From contig NW_026948187.1 in NCBI RefSeq assembly GCF_963921235.1, forward strand, positions 7,192,001 to 7,256,000: DNA of 64,000 nt, read 5' to 3'. This DNA is from Mobula hypostoma (Eukaryota). Positions 11,138 to 23,706 of the stretch are shown piece after piece (within the stretch, counting starts at the first letter, position 1; the number at the start of each line of letters is the position of its first letter). The position numbers and the translations under genes are program-made. Below the pieces are notes generated by a model. It was given only the letters and a program-made list of their open reading frames with translations. It searched no databases and was not told the origin of the DNA.

Positions 11138-11669
11138 CTCACTGTCAGAAGGGTCGTTGCTGTCAGCAAAACAGGAAACACGACTCCTGTCAATCATATG
11201 GTGGGAGGTGGGCCTATGATTCAGTCGTGAGCGGCGCAGCGTCCAATCAGTGAAATAAGGGGAGATGTTATTGTACCGCAGCTGTTCATTTCCCTTCTCT
11301 TCTGAGCATCCAGTTGGGTGAATACAATTCGCACACTCGCCTTTCCAGTCTATTCTTCCTTGTCATTTCCGGTCTTCCCACACGTCATCGGTCCAGGAGA
11401 ATCAAAACCACTGAGTGCGCCAATAAGTTCACTCCCCAAGATCAATTTCCCGCTCGTGTCTTTTTTGTCTGTTGTTGGAAACACAGAGTACGAAGAATAC
11501 CGGACGGATCCGGAACAGAGGAAACACGGGACATAAGTGTTCGACAACCATACTGTACATGGTGGCGAATGTTGAGGAACAGAAGGGCCGCGGTGTACGT
11601 GGTACTAAAAAGACCGTGAATGGTTAGGCGTGTCAGGGGACAGAGGAACTTCGGTGTACACGGAACACA

Positions 11670-11880
11670 CAGCAATGTTGCTGGTGAACGCAGCAGGCCA
11701 GGCAGCACCTCTAGGAAGAGGCACAATCGACGTTTCAGGCCGAGACACTTCGTCAGGACTAACTGAAGGAAGAGTTAGTAAGAGATTTGATAGCGGGAGA
11801 GGGAGGGGGAGATCCAAAATGATCGGAGAAGACAGGAGGGGTAGGGATGGATCCCAGAGCTGGACAGGTTTCCAATGAGA
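11670..11880 (-). mobile_element. Penelope terminal fragment with a partly decayed hammerhead motif (11725-11760)
   Basis: Near-copy of 2345-2550; CTGACGA and GAAACGTC are retained, with a helix II mismatch. Confidence 0.75.
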
Positions 11881-12249
11881 GACTCAGGCAGAGAGAGAAA
11901 GGGAGAGACTGAATGCAGAAGACTGCTCGATACGGAACCCATGATGTTTCATGAGGTAAAACATGTGGCCCTCATTATTGGAGAATATTAGGTTCAGCAG
12001 AAGGGAGGTGAAGTACGCCGGTCTTCTTACACCTGTTGGTAGATATCCGAAATTACAAAGACTTGGGAGCTTAAATAAATGGAGGGGAAATGATCCTTTA
12101 CCTGGAGTTTGGCAGCTTTGCCCAGAAATCGATAGATTTGGCAATTATAAGTGAATTTATCAACTTACCTTTCTCTATCGCAAGCACCGTACAATGAATT
12201 GATCTCTGCGAACAAGCTTTTCACCGCATAACTGCTTAGGGAATTTACC

Positions 12250-12700
12250 GTGGCCAAACTTTTAATTCAGATTCCCATTCCGCTTCCGACGTGTCGGTCC
12301 ACGGCCTCTTCCCCTGTCAGGTGGAGGCCACCCTCAAGATGGAGGAGCGACCTCTTATATTCCATCTTTCTACTCTCCAACCTGATCGTCTGTACATCGA
12401 TCCCCCTCGCCTCTTTTCCGCATTCAGACATTTTACTTCTTCGCACCTATCCATCATTACCCCCTCAACCATCCCCTGCTTCCCTTTCGCCTGTTATCCA
12501 CTCACCTCTCCTATCATATTCCTTCTTCTCTAGTCCATGACCCTTCCCACCCATCTGTCTACACCTATCATCTTCCAGCTGGTCTTTTTCCCGTCCCACA
12601 ACATTCATTTCTGTCATCTACCGCCCCCGCCCCCCCAGCTTTCCTCTCAGCTCTGATGAATGGACTCGGCCTGAAAAGCCCAATGCTTGTCCTTTTCCAT
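12250..12700 (+). mobile_element. Degenerate Penelope 3' fragment
   Basis: SVHGLFPCQVEATLKMEERPLIFHLSTLQPD resembles the GIY-YIG C-terminus at 2721-2900; decayed CTGATGA...GAAA motif at ~12653-12676. Confidence 0.7.
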
Positions 12701-13600
12701 ACAGACCGCGACAACAGAAATCTCTTCAACCTATTCATGATGGCTGCAGAACGGGCTTTTCGCCGCGTGGGGGCAGCAACAGACTGTGTCCCGTTGCTCA
12801 TTGTCCCAGGCGAACGGCACACAGCACTGCGCAGGTGCCAAACATCTCGCACATACATCACTGTTCCTCATAAGGTGATCACTCAGTGTATGTTCGTGAC
12901 CCTCTGCTATTGTAGCCCATCCGCGTCAAGGTTCAATATATTGTGCATCAAGAGATGCTGTTCTGCACACTACTGTTGTAACACACGGTCATTTGAATTG
13001 CTGTCGCCTTCCTGTCAGCTTAATAGGGTCTGGCAGTTCTCTGGCCCTAACAGGGTGTTTTCACCCAGATAATTTCCCACGATTTTTTTTTTGTTCTCAC
13101 CAGTCTCTGTAAACACTGGAGAATTTTGTGAAGGAGGTTCCCAGGATTTCAGTTGTTTCTGAGATAGGCAAATTCTCCGGACTGGCGCCAATAATCATTC
13201 TACGGTCAAACTATCTTAGAAACATAGAAAGATAGAAAACCTGGAGCGTAATACAGGCTCTTCGGCCCACAAAGTTGTGCCGAACAATTCCCTACCTTAG
13301 AAATTACTAGGCTTACCCATGGCCCTATATTTTTCTAAGCTGCGTTTCCCTTTCAAAAAGTCTCTCAATAGACCCAATCGTATCCGCCTCCACCGCGGCT
13401 GCCGGAAGCCCATTTCTTGCCCATTCTGAGGACTTGGGCACGAACGCTGTTCGTTATCAGCCGGAGAGCGGCTGTGAAACCACAAATTCTGCATCAACCC
13501 GCCACGAAATTCCCTGTAACTTTCACGCTCTCAGCATGTGAGTCCGAGATCAGTCGACGCACACAAATGCTTTGCGAATGCTTCAGGAAGATTGATAGAT

Positions 13601-13785
13601 NNNNNNNNNNNNNNNNNNNNNNNNNNNNNNNNNNNNNNNNNNNNNNNNNNNNNNNNNNNNNNNNNNNNNNNNNNNNNNNNNNNNNNNNNNNNNNNNNNNN
13701 NNNNNNNNNNNNNNNNNNNNNNNNNNNNNNNNNNNNNNNNNNNNNNNNNNNNNNNNNNNNNNNNNNNNNNNNNNNNNNNNNNNNN
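13601..13785. other. Assembly gap (N run)
   Basis: Continuous N run. Confidence 0.99.
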
Positions 13786-13990
13786 CCCCTGCATACATTG
13801 GGTGCTTCTTCTAATCTTTCGTCATATTCCAGCCAGAAGTTGCCGCGTTTTCAGCCTGAGAGTCCAGGATCAGCAGGCACACAGACGAAAGCGTTACTAA
13901 TAACTCAGGAAGATAGGCATAGATAGATCGATCTCTGTGTATGTACGGGAGTGTGTGCGTCTGAGCGTGTCTGTGCGTGGCTGTGCGTGG

Positions 13991-14079
<89 letters not shown>

Positions 14080-14159
14080 TGCAGTCCTGTAGTTACATTT
14101 CCTCACTAACGCGACCGCCACTCTCTTTAGGCTTTCCAATGGCGACAGAAGAAATTACA

Positions 14160-14188
14160 CAGGAAGTGACAGACGTCACAGGGCCAAT
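14160..14188 (+). promoter_or_regulatory. V4 promoter: ETS + CRE + CCAAT cluster
   Basis: CAGGAAGT, GACGTCA and CCAAT within 30 nt, ~95-120 nt upstream of the leader ATG. Confidence 0.6.
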
Positions 14189-14278
14189 CGACATGAGCAA
14201 TTATATCGGGCAGCGCAAAATACTTCTTTTGAAAGCAACGGCGCTCCATCCCAAAGCCCGCTCGTCTCTATCCTGTGA

Positions 14279-14728
14279 ATGATGGTGCGAGAAACATATC
14301 GTTTTCCGCTGATTGTGGCATTGATCCCGCGTAAGTCAGAATAACAATGGTTCTGGGGAAGGTAACTCAGGTTCAGAGAACGGGCTCCCATTTGTTGAGA
14401 GAAATTAGGCTCTAATGGAATGTCTCCCTTGTAGGGATTCTGGCCGTGTACGTGGAGCAGTCGCCCCCTTCCCTGTCAGTTGGATTGGGAGAGTCAACCG
14501 CCGTCCAATGCACGCTACTGAATTCGGACTATAACCATATGTATTGGTACAGACAGCGACCGGGCGGCACAGTAGAAGTTCTTTTCTATTCTGCTGGGAA
14601 AGATATAGTCAGCAATTACACGTCGGAATCCTACGCGGCAACAAGATCCAGCAGCACTTTCTTTCAACTGGAAGTAAAGAACGCCTCGCACTCTCACTCG
14701 GCCGTCTATTTCTGCGCCTGTAGTAGCG
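14279..14728 (+). CDS. TRBV: V4: TRBV-like V segment, family E (only member with a V exon here), apparently intact
   Basis: Leader 14279-14330 (MMVRETYRFPLIVALIP, GTAAGT donor); V exon 14435-14728 (VYVEQSP...CTLLNSDYNHMYWYRQ...YFCACSS); 23-RSS follows. Confidence 0.9.
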
Positions 14729-14767
14729 CACAGAGGTTGAGAAATCGAGCCGCCTCTGACAAAAACT
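14729..14767 (+). other. 23-RSS of V4
   Basis: CACAGAG + 23 nt + ACAAAAACT. Confidence 0.88.
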
Positions 14768-15810
14768 GTTCTGCACAATCGCTGAAGGCTCAGAACCCGC
14801 TGTTTCCCACCAGTAGGGGTCGCTGCATATTGAGCTTCACTGCCCGGGCTGCGGCCAGCATCACACTGCAATTGCCTTTTGATTCTTCCCATATCCACAA
14901 CCCAAAACTGAATATCAGGAATTCAGATCAGGAAAAAAAAAAAAACAGGCAACGATGCAGGAACATTTAACACAAAAAAAAACAGAGAACGCCTCGAATT
15001 TCTCACAGAGCTGAAGAAATGTGGCAAGCCCCCTTTGAGCCACAATAACATTTACAACTGAAGGGGTTAAATTATGTGCAGAGATGGCATTCAAAACAAT
15101 ATTCATTTTGGCTTCTGGCAATAATAACAAATCTATGTTGCGTTTGTATAAATGATTTATTTGTAGATTAATAATTAGCTTATACCCTCCTGAACACGTT
15201 TAACAAACCTGCCAGGAAGAGAATTTGTTCACCCTCGCGTTCAGACGTAGCCCATCCCTGTTGTACAGGGCGTACCTTCCCCAGAACAGATACCAGTGAG
15301 ATTTCAACCGATGAACAGAAAGTAGAAATACAGTTAGATAATTGACTGGTAGAGAGATCGATCGATACATACATACATACATCGTTGGATGGAGAGATAG
15401 ATATATAGATACACAGATAGAGAGGTTGATAGGTATATAGGGAGAGATAGTCAGAGACAGAGAAACAGAGACAGAGTTGGAAATAATACACAACAGAAAA
15501 CTCATATGTTTTTACTGGTGGAGGTTCCGTAACCTCTGATTAATTCCCAAATCAAAAGAACTGTTTTTCCTACGTATTTTTCTCATCCAATACTGAAACT
15601 GTCAACCAACACCAACTGGACTTCCAATTTCGCTCTTCTTTCGGGTTTTGATTTGGAATGATACTCGGCGTATGACGCGCAGGAAGTGACGCAGACGTCA
15701 ACGGGCGAGTGGCACAGCCGCAGTCCAAACAGACAACGCGAAGTGCTTCTCCTGAATGCTGGCATTCTGCTACACCTGATGCCAAAGCGGCTGGTGTCTC
15801 TCTCGGGCAG

Positions 15811-15862
15811 ATAATCGCATGTGGGACACATTGTATCCTACTTATTCTGCCGTTGATCCCAA
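15811..15862 (+). pseudogene. Second orphan family E-like leader (start codon mutated to ATA)
   Basis: Paralog of 7175-7226 within a ~500-bp duplicated block (15585-16075 vs 6950-7420); consensus GTAAGT donor; ETS/CRE motif at ~15680-15695. Confidence 0.55.
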
Positions 15863-16154
15863 GTAAGTCAAAATAGCACAGAACCACGGTAAAGGTTGGT
15901 GTTCTTGCTGGACTGTCGGAGTGCGGCATTGGCCGTGGTTTAACTTGGGAGAGGGCCGAAAATTCGGAACATCCTTCCGAACTCATGTCCCTAAACTTCA
16001 AGGTGAAAACTCCAATGACCAAGCACCAGTGGCCGGCCGTAACTCGCACGTCTCCCCGTGTGTTTAGTCATTGAAATGAGATGTCCTCTCCGGCGGAGGC
16101 GATTAAATTTGGAAAGGGCAGTTGTCTTTTCATCTGATGTGTGTGTGTGTGTGT

Positions 16155-16201
<47 letters not shown>

Positions 16202-16276
16202 ACTGTGTTTATGTCGGGGTGATTTTCCCTTGTTGGATGTCGGGATTCCCTTCACATGTGTGAGGTTATAGAGGTG

Positions 16277-17525
16277 TTATCTTCCTGCATCTAGCCTGTA
16301 CAATCCCTTTAGGATTTTATACGTTTCAATCAGATCCCCCCTCAATCTTCTAAATTCCAACGAGTACAAGCCCAGTTCATCCAGTCTTTCATCATATGAA
16401 AGTCCTGCCATCCCAGGAATCAATCTGGTGAACCTTCTTTCTACTCCCTCTAAGGCAAGGATGTCTTTCCTCAGATTAGGTGACCAAAACTGCACACAGT
16501 ACTCCAGGTGTGGTCTCACCAAGGCCTTGTACAACTGCAGTAGTACCTCACTGCTCCTGTACTTGAATCCTCTTGCTATAAATGCCAGCATACCATTCCC
16601 CCTTTTTCACCGCCTGCTGTACCTGCATGCCCACTTTCAATGACTGTTGTATAATGACACCCAGGTCTCGTTGCACCTCCCCTTTTCCTAATCGGCCACC
16701 ATTCAGATAATAATCTGTTTCCCTGTTGTTGCCACCAAAGTGGATAACCTCACATTTATCCACATTAAATTGCATCTGCCATGAATTTGCCCACTCACCC
16801 AACCTATCCAAGTAACCCTGCATCCTCTTAGCATCCTCCTCACAGCTAACACTGCAGCCCAGCTTCGTGTCATCCGCAAACTTGGAGATGCTGCACTTAA
16901 TTCCGTCATCCAAGTCATTAATATATATTGTAAACAACTGGGGTCCAGCACTGAGCCTTGTGGTACCCCTCTAGTCACCGCCTACCATTCTGAAAAGGTC
17001 CCGTTTATTCCCACTCTTTGCTTCCTCACTGCCAACCAATTCTCTATCCACATCAATACCTTACCCCCAATACCGTGTCTTTAAGTTTGCACACTAATGT
17101 ACTGTGTGGGACCTTGTCAAAAGCCTTTTGAAAATCCAAATATACCACATCCACTGGTTCTCCCCTATCCAGTCTACTAGTTACATCCTCAAAAAATTCT
17201 ATGAGATTCGTCAGACATGATTTTCCTTTCACAAATCCATGCTGACTTTGTCCGATGATTTCACCGCTTTCCAAATGTGCTGTTATCACATCTTTGATAA
17301 CTGACTCTAGCAGTTTCCCCACCACCGACGTTAGGCTAACCGGTCTATAATTCCCCGGTTTCTCTCTCCCTCCTTTTTTAAAAAGTGGGGTTACATTAGC
17401 AACCTTCCAATCCTCAGGAACTAGTCCAGAATCTAAAGAGTTTTGAAATATTATCACTAATGCATCCACTATTTCTTGGGCTACTTCCTTAAGCACTCTG
17501 GGATGCAGACCATCTGGCCCTGGAC
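16277..17525 (-). mobile_element. CR1-type LINE ORF2 (RT) fragment
   Basis: Frames encode GPDGLHPRVLKE, NYRPVSLTSVVGK, GVPQGSVL, FADDTK and LVRPHLEYCVQFWSP. The flanks match 30790-30960, which looks like the empty site. Confidence 0.92.
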
Positions 17526-18269
17526 CTGCACATAACCGATTTGCATCGACTTCCAAGAGATACCGAAGTTGAAGGACCCTGGCCAATTCGCCCAGCGCCA
17601 CTGCGCTAACCAATTATGTTAAAGAGAGTGTGTCAGTGCAGGACAGCGATCCACGCACTCGCGTGGTCAGACACGCAGTCTGACTCCCTCCGCACCGTTC
17701 CTGTACACACTCCCGCAAAGTGAATCTTCTTCCACACGTTCCAGAACACACTTCTGGGGGTAGGAAGCACAGTGAGAACTTCCCTCTAAAACTGTTCTGT
17801 ACATGACCCTGTCGAAGTGTATTTTGCGCCTTGTTATTGTACTTGCCTGAATCACTTCCTCTAGTCGCTCCTTCCGTACAATGACAACCGTCTGGATGAA
17901 GATGTTGCCACACAGGTCGTTATTAAATCGCTCCCCTCTCGCCTTAAAACTGTTCCTTCAAAAGACTGACTCTCTTGCTCTCCCCTACTCTCTCGTCAAT
18001 GAGGGATGACGGCGTTGGAGGGAGACAGAGAGAGATAGGCCTAGTATTAACGGAAAACTAAGCTACCCCGGGGGGTACAGTTTGCACTTTCTGGAATCGG
18101 AGGAAACGACCGGCGGTCTACTTGGAAACTTGCGACGAATTTACGACGAATTCAGTTCCCAGATGCGTCATCGGTAGCGAACAGCGAACAAGAATATAAG
18201 AATATATGAAGTGCCAGCAAGTTGCTACGGTTTCAGGCGCATGCGCATTCAACGCCGTACACACCCTGT

Positions 18270-18600
18270 CTGTGCCCCTCTTGGTTTTAGACATTTCAGT
18301 AAGGTCCCTCCGACGCTCCAAAGTCCCAACTTGCCGGACCCATCTGCATAGCTCAGTGCCTCGGGTCCCGGCAACAACCCTCTGCACTCTTCCCAGCTCA
18401 ATAGCATCTTTCCTACAGCAGGGCGACCAAAACCGAACACGGTACTCCAAGTTCCGCCTCGCCGAAGTCTTGCACAACTGGGACGTGACCATGCCCCCGT
18501 ACTCAATGTCCTGACTGATGAAAGCTGCCGTACCAAATGCCTTCTTCACTACCCTGTCTACCTGTGAGTCCACCTTCCTTGAACCGTTTACCTGTACTGC
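18270..18600 (-). mobile_element. Degenerate CR1 3' fragment
   Basis: VKKAFGTAAFI...NLEYRVRFWSP resembles the CR1 RT C-terminus. Confidence 0.7.
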
Positions 18601-19160
18601 ATGGTCCCTCTATTCTACAACACTTCCCAGTTCTCGAACTTTCACTGTGAAGATCATATCCCATTCTAACTTCACAAAACCTCTGCCCGTTTCGCCAGCT
18701 TCTCTTATTTTGTCCGGCCCCGTAGTTGAGGTTCACTATGTAATGTACGAATGTTTGCGATTATGTGGGAAAACCGGAAGAAACCCACACAACATACATC
18801 AAAGTTGCTGGTGAACGCAGCAGGCCAAGCAGCATCTATAGGAAGAGGCGCAGTCGACGTGGAGCGCTGTAATATCCTCACGTTACCCGCTACGCTCCTC
18901 TGCCGTGCCGCCCCGGAATCTTCACCACCCCCAAGTGAGGATCTGTTTACTCAATTTACTGTCTCCTCATTTGGCAACAGCTCGATCGGTAGTTTTGATC
19001 CTCGCACCTCGAGTTAATCTGGAACGATACCACTGTTTCTCAGTGTCACCGGCAGACTTGCTAATGATGCCTTGCACGTGTTTTTCAACAATCTCCTGCG
19101 TGTTCAGTGTAATGGAGATCAAAGGTTCTCACACATCACCTGCTTCCTGTCGCCTGCGAA

Positions 19161-19199
19161 GGTTTTTGTCGGGCCCCGCTGTGTCTCTGAGCCACTGTG
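19161..19199 (-). other. 23-RSS of V5
   Basis: CACAGTG + 23 nt + ACAAAAACC (consensus). Confidence 0.93.
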
Positions 19200-20181
19200 A
19201 GTACTCCAGGCGCAGTAGTAGACGGCCGACTGTTCCGGGCGCAGGCTGGTGGAGTTGAGAATGAACGTCTCTGCATCGGTTCTCCGGGCGGTGAAGCCGT
19301 CCACAGCCCCCTCCGGATTCACGCTGTCGGTATACCCGGAATAAAACATGTACTGAATCTCCCTACCCGGATATTGTCTGTACCAGTAGAGATAATTGCT
19401 AGCGCTACCGCCGTCCAGAATGCATTCCAGCTCCACGCTCTCGCCGGGAGATTTGGAGAGAGCCGGCGTGTCCTGGCGAACGGACTTCGACGTCGCACCT
19501 GAGGAGGGAACGGGAAGTGAAGAGAGTGAAATGAACCGGAAGACCCGAGTACGCGGGATTATTTGTTAAAGGGGAGGGCGGGATGTCGGGGAAAACGAAA
19601 GTTATTCGGGAATCTGGAATGGAAACTCGTTCATACCGATAATATTTACGGCCGAGCTCGTCCTATCTAAGGGTGTCCGGTCAAAAAACCCGTAAACCTC
19701 TCTAATCCAAGAACTCATGCGTAAGTAGATGAAGTTTAAACTTCCTTCATATGTCTGCCAATATTTCAGGCAGCTGATGTCCGCTATAATTGGATGATGG
19801 AGTCATCATCCGCTGATGTCCGCTATAATTGGATGATGGAGTCATCATCCGCTGATGTCCGCTATAATTGGATGATGGAGTCATCATCTGCTGATGTCCG
19901 CTATAATTGGATGATGGGGTCATCATCCGCTGATGTCCGCTATAATTGGATGATGGAGTCATCATCCGCTGATGTCCGCTATAATTAGTCCTCTCCCATT
20001 AGAAACCCGTTCCGTCCCGGAGATGCTGGCAAATTTCTGCGAAAACTTCTCCGCACTCGTTCCAGTTTAATATCTTTCGAATAGCAAAGTGACCCGAGCT
20101 AGTTCAGGATTAAAGATTAATTATTGAGTTAGATTGTTTCTTACGTTGAAGCAACGGCGCCAGGACGAGTAACAGCAACAT
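19200..20181 (-). CDS. TRBV: V5: TRBV30-like V segment, family B, apparently intact
   Basis: Leader 20181-20145 (MLLLLVLAPLLQ, GTAAG donor); V exon 19498-19200 (CILDGGSASNYLYWYRQ...YYCAWST). Confidence 0.93.
19773..19986. repeat. 39-bp minisatellite (5.5 copies) in the V5 intron
   Basis: Unit GCTGATGTCCGCTATAATTGGATGATGGAGTCATCATCC. Confidence 0.95.
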
Positions 20182-20376
20182 CCTCTCTCCGGAAACCTTC
20201 TCTGCGTTGTGAGAGGTAGCGACTGGGGGTAAAACGCCGCATCAGGGCCGCGCCCCTTCCGGGCACATTGCTGCCTGCGTCACCAATCCGGAACACGGGA
20301 AATGCGGAAGGAGGTGGGTCAACGCCCGAAACGTCATTTCTATGTCTGCGCCCAGACTTGCTGAGTTATTACAACA

Positions 20377-20428
<52 letters not shown>

Positions 20429-20783
20429 TCGGATATACAGCATCTGGAGACTTTCAGGTCTTTAGCGGGTAGTAACCTCAACCAGTTCCCTCATGAACAG
20501 TAGTACCACCCCCCACCTGCATCGAGGACATCTTCAACAGGCGAAACCTCAGTAAGGCGGCGTCATTCATTGTCGACCCCAACACCCAGGACATGCCCTG
20601 TTCTCATTACTACCATCAAGGTGGAGGTGAAGGAGACTGGGGACCCACACTCAACGATTCGGAAACAGCTTCTCCCCCTCCGCCATCAGATTTCTGATCG
20701 GCTCCTGAACGTATGAACACCACCTCTGTGTTTTTTCCCTCTCTTGTTTGCCCCACATTGTTTGTTTGTGAGTGTGTGTGTGT

Positions 20784-20827
<44 letters not shown>

Positions 20828-21523
20828 CACAATCTGTTTAAGCCTACAGCTGCTTTGTAATCTATTTATTAAATTCCATATTAGTTTATTTATATATTTG
20901 ACTGCTATTTATTGTCTGCGCAGTCGTCCGTTTATTACTTATTTGTCTATTTATTTACATTTACTGTATTTATCACTTTTTTGATCTATTGCACAATAAA
21001 TTTTACGACATGTACCACTGATAGTAAACCGGTTTCCGGTTCTGACGATGATTCGCCAACCCTCCCCTTGAGATTGGCGGCCTGGACGCCTGGAGACCAG
21101 GAGCTGAAGTTGTAGGAGGAGCAGAGGGTGACGTACTGAGAAAGGGCAGGCATCCGGAACGTGGAATCAGCAGAGAAGACCTGTAAATGCAGGTCAATAT
21201 AATTGGTCCCGGGCTGGATTTCCAATCTTTTTTTCATGTCATGGACCAATTTAACGAAGCGAGGGGTCGGTGGTATCCGTCTGTGGTTAATATTGCTGAT
21301 TAAGGACCAGTTTGGGCTGACTTTGCGGGTTCGCAACAAGAGCGGCAGAACGGGTCTGTCATTCCGGAATTCCGCAATTTGAAACCAGGAGTTGAAACAG
21401 GGAGCGGAGGGCATTGAAAACATGATATTTGGGTTAGTTAGCCAACCAGTGTCTGTCCCCTGCTGCTCTATTTCTCTAGTGGGTGAGCACGTGCGATAGA
21501 ATTATTTTATTTTATCCATCTGT

Positions 21524-21537
21524 CCAGCGGAGGGCGC
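21524..21537 (+). promoter_or_regulatory. CTCF-like motif in a repeated E-box/CTCF module
   Basis: CCAGCGGAGGGCGC(TA). Homologous copies at 34772, 37314, 39698, 49364, 50661 (+) and 57991-58004 (-). Confidence 0.55.
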
Positions 21538-22679
21538 TATCGCACCATCTACCAGCTAATGAAGGAATCCACGATTTCTCAAAGAGGATTTTTAATTGGT
21601 CCCTATCCAGTGGGTACCTGTCCCTCAACACATTCTGTCCTTCAATCAAAAACAAAGCCAGCCGTCCAGATACCATCTGAAAGTCGACAAACCTCGTTGT
21701 ATTCATAGATTCATATAGACATAAAACGGTCCCTCGAGCAATCGTTATCCATCTCTGAGGACCCTCACCACCCGGAACATTTCCTCTTCTCCTTCCGACC
21801 AGCGCAGCGAGGGCACAGGAGCCTGAAGAGTGAAAGGTCCTCGAGCGAGCTCTTCCCCTCCGCCAGCAGAGGTCTGAAAGGTCCGTAATCCGACAGACTA
21901 CGTTGTCATTCCGCTCGCTATTTTACACCACCTGTATAGTTCCCATCGTAACCGACTTCGACGAGAAAGTGGAAGAGTGGGTAGATAAACTTGCAGGAGA
22001 CGCGAAACTTGGTTGTGTTATGGGAAGGGCAGAACCCTATAGTGGGTCATTGGTAGGATACAGACCTGGACAGAGAAGAGTTGGATGGAGTCCAACCAAC
22101 CAAGACAAAGGAAGCATGCGGAATACTTGTCACAACTGGGGAGTCAGATGCCCACCAGTTTCGATAATTATGCTCGTGCATATTCCCATTTAAACAATGT
22201 GAATATCCAATGTGGATATACATTTAAACTACTTCCCTCGGGATCAATAAAGTATGACTATGACTATGACTACGTCAGTTAATTATTCTATTATGGCGGT
22301 ATTGAACTCCCTGCCTTTCTTTGTAGCGCTTCCCGATTCTTGAGCAAAGCACGGCAACTTTATGATGCCGGCTTGCTTTCGGCCGTTCCTCAAAACAGTG
22401 GACTGACTCTGAGGAAGAGCAGAATTTGATTTATATTTAGATATTCCTTTCTGAAGCGGTGTTCACTCCTAGTTTATTGCAGAAGAGCTTTGGTCAAGCG
22501 TTGTTTTTATGATTTCCCGTGAAATGCTGATCGCATTAAAGTCCTGCCTTTGTCTCTCTCTCTCTCCCTCTCTCTCTCTCTCTGTCATCTCCCTTTCTCC
22601 TCTCTGTCTGTTCTCACTCTCACTCTCTCAATCTCCATCTCTCCTCTCTCTCTCTGCTCGCTCTTTCTATTTCTCTCTC

Positions 22680-22744
<65 letters not shown>

Positions 22745-23706
22745 CTTCCTCTCCGTCCTTATTTGCCTGGGGAACCCCTCTGACTGTTAATTCATGAACT
22801 CTTTTCTTGCTGATCTGAGACGGAAAAGTCAAAATACCTCTGCTCCTCAAATCCCGAACCGCCATGCACCTCCTCAGAGAAACCGTCAGCCAATCTCAGA
22901 GACGGCCGGGTCCGGGGGAAATGACGTAGAGCGCAGCCTCTCCCTCTGTTCAGTTCCGCCCACCCCGACACTGCCCTTCAGAAAGGGTGGAAGATATCGG
23001 CCTATAGCAGCGTGGGGACGTCCGTCCATCAGGGGGGAAGGGGCGGGACCTCCCAGCCTAACTCATTTCACTCTGGAAATCGTGAAGCGAACCTTCGAGT
23101 GAAATCTGCTTCTGCTTCATAAGCTGATAATCTGGCTTCACGGAGAAATGTCGACCTCTTTTAACAATTAAGCAACCCATCACCTATTCCCTTCCCTTTG
23201 CTTGCCATCACCCTCATCTTTTCAACGCTCTTTCTTTCTGCCGTTTCTATTTTCTGTCCACTATTGCGTTTTTTGTTCTTGCATTTCAATCACTAAAATG
23301 TTTTACTCTTCTCTTATCCTCGCTATCTACATGACGTCGTCATCCCTTCTCATTCTCTGTCAGTACCCTCTGCCAATTTCTCACCCAACCTCAGTGGATA
23401 AACCCTGATTGTATTTACACGATCTGCATCCGAGCGGCAAACAAGCACAAGGAGCGTCACGCCTTTGGAACAACGTCACGCCCATTCGCATTCTCCGCAG
23501 ATGATTGGACGACGGCGAGCCAATCACATCCCGCGTTTGCTGACATTGTCCGCACTTGGCCACAGCCCACATCCTGTGTCGATCGGGTGGGGTCTGGACT
23601 GAGAGCTCATCTCGCTCACTCACTCCGCGCTTCTCCTAGTCCACTGAGACCAGACACTGAGACAAGAGCCCACGTCGGGTCCACACGCGGCAGCCAAATC
23701 CCCGAA

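Noticed and set aside
11314-11619. Possible highly decayed V (GPGESKPLS, IPDGSGTE, AAVYV)
   Set aside because: The motifs are in different frames with wrong spacing and no leader or RSS. A TBLASTN/HMMER V-set hit would be needed.
19747-19988. Repetitive ORFs or a CRISPR-like array
   Set aside because: This is a head-to-tail 39-bp minisatellite with no unique spacers, in a vertebrate intron.
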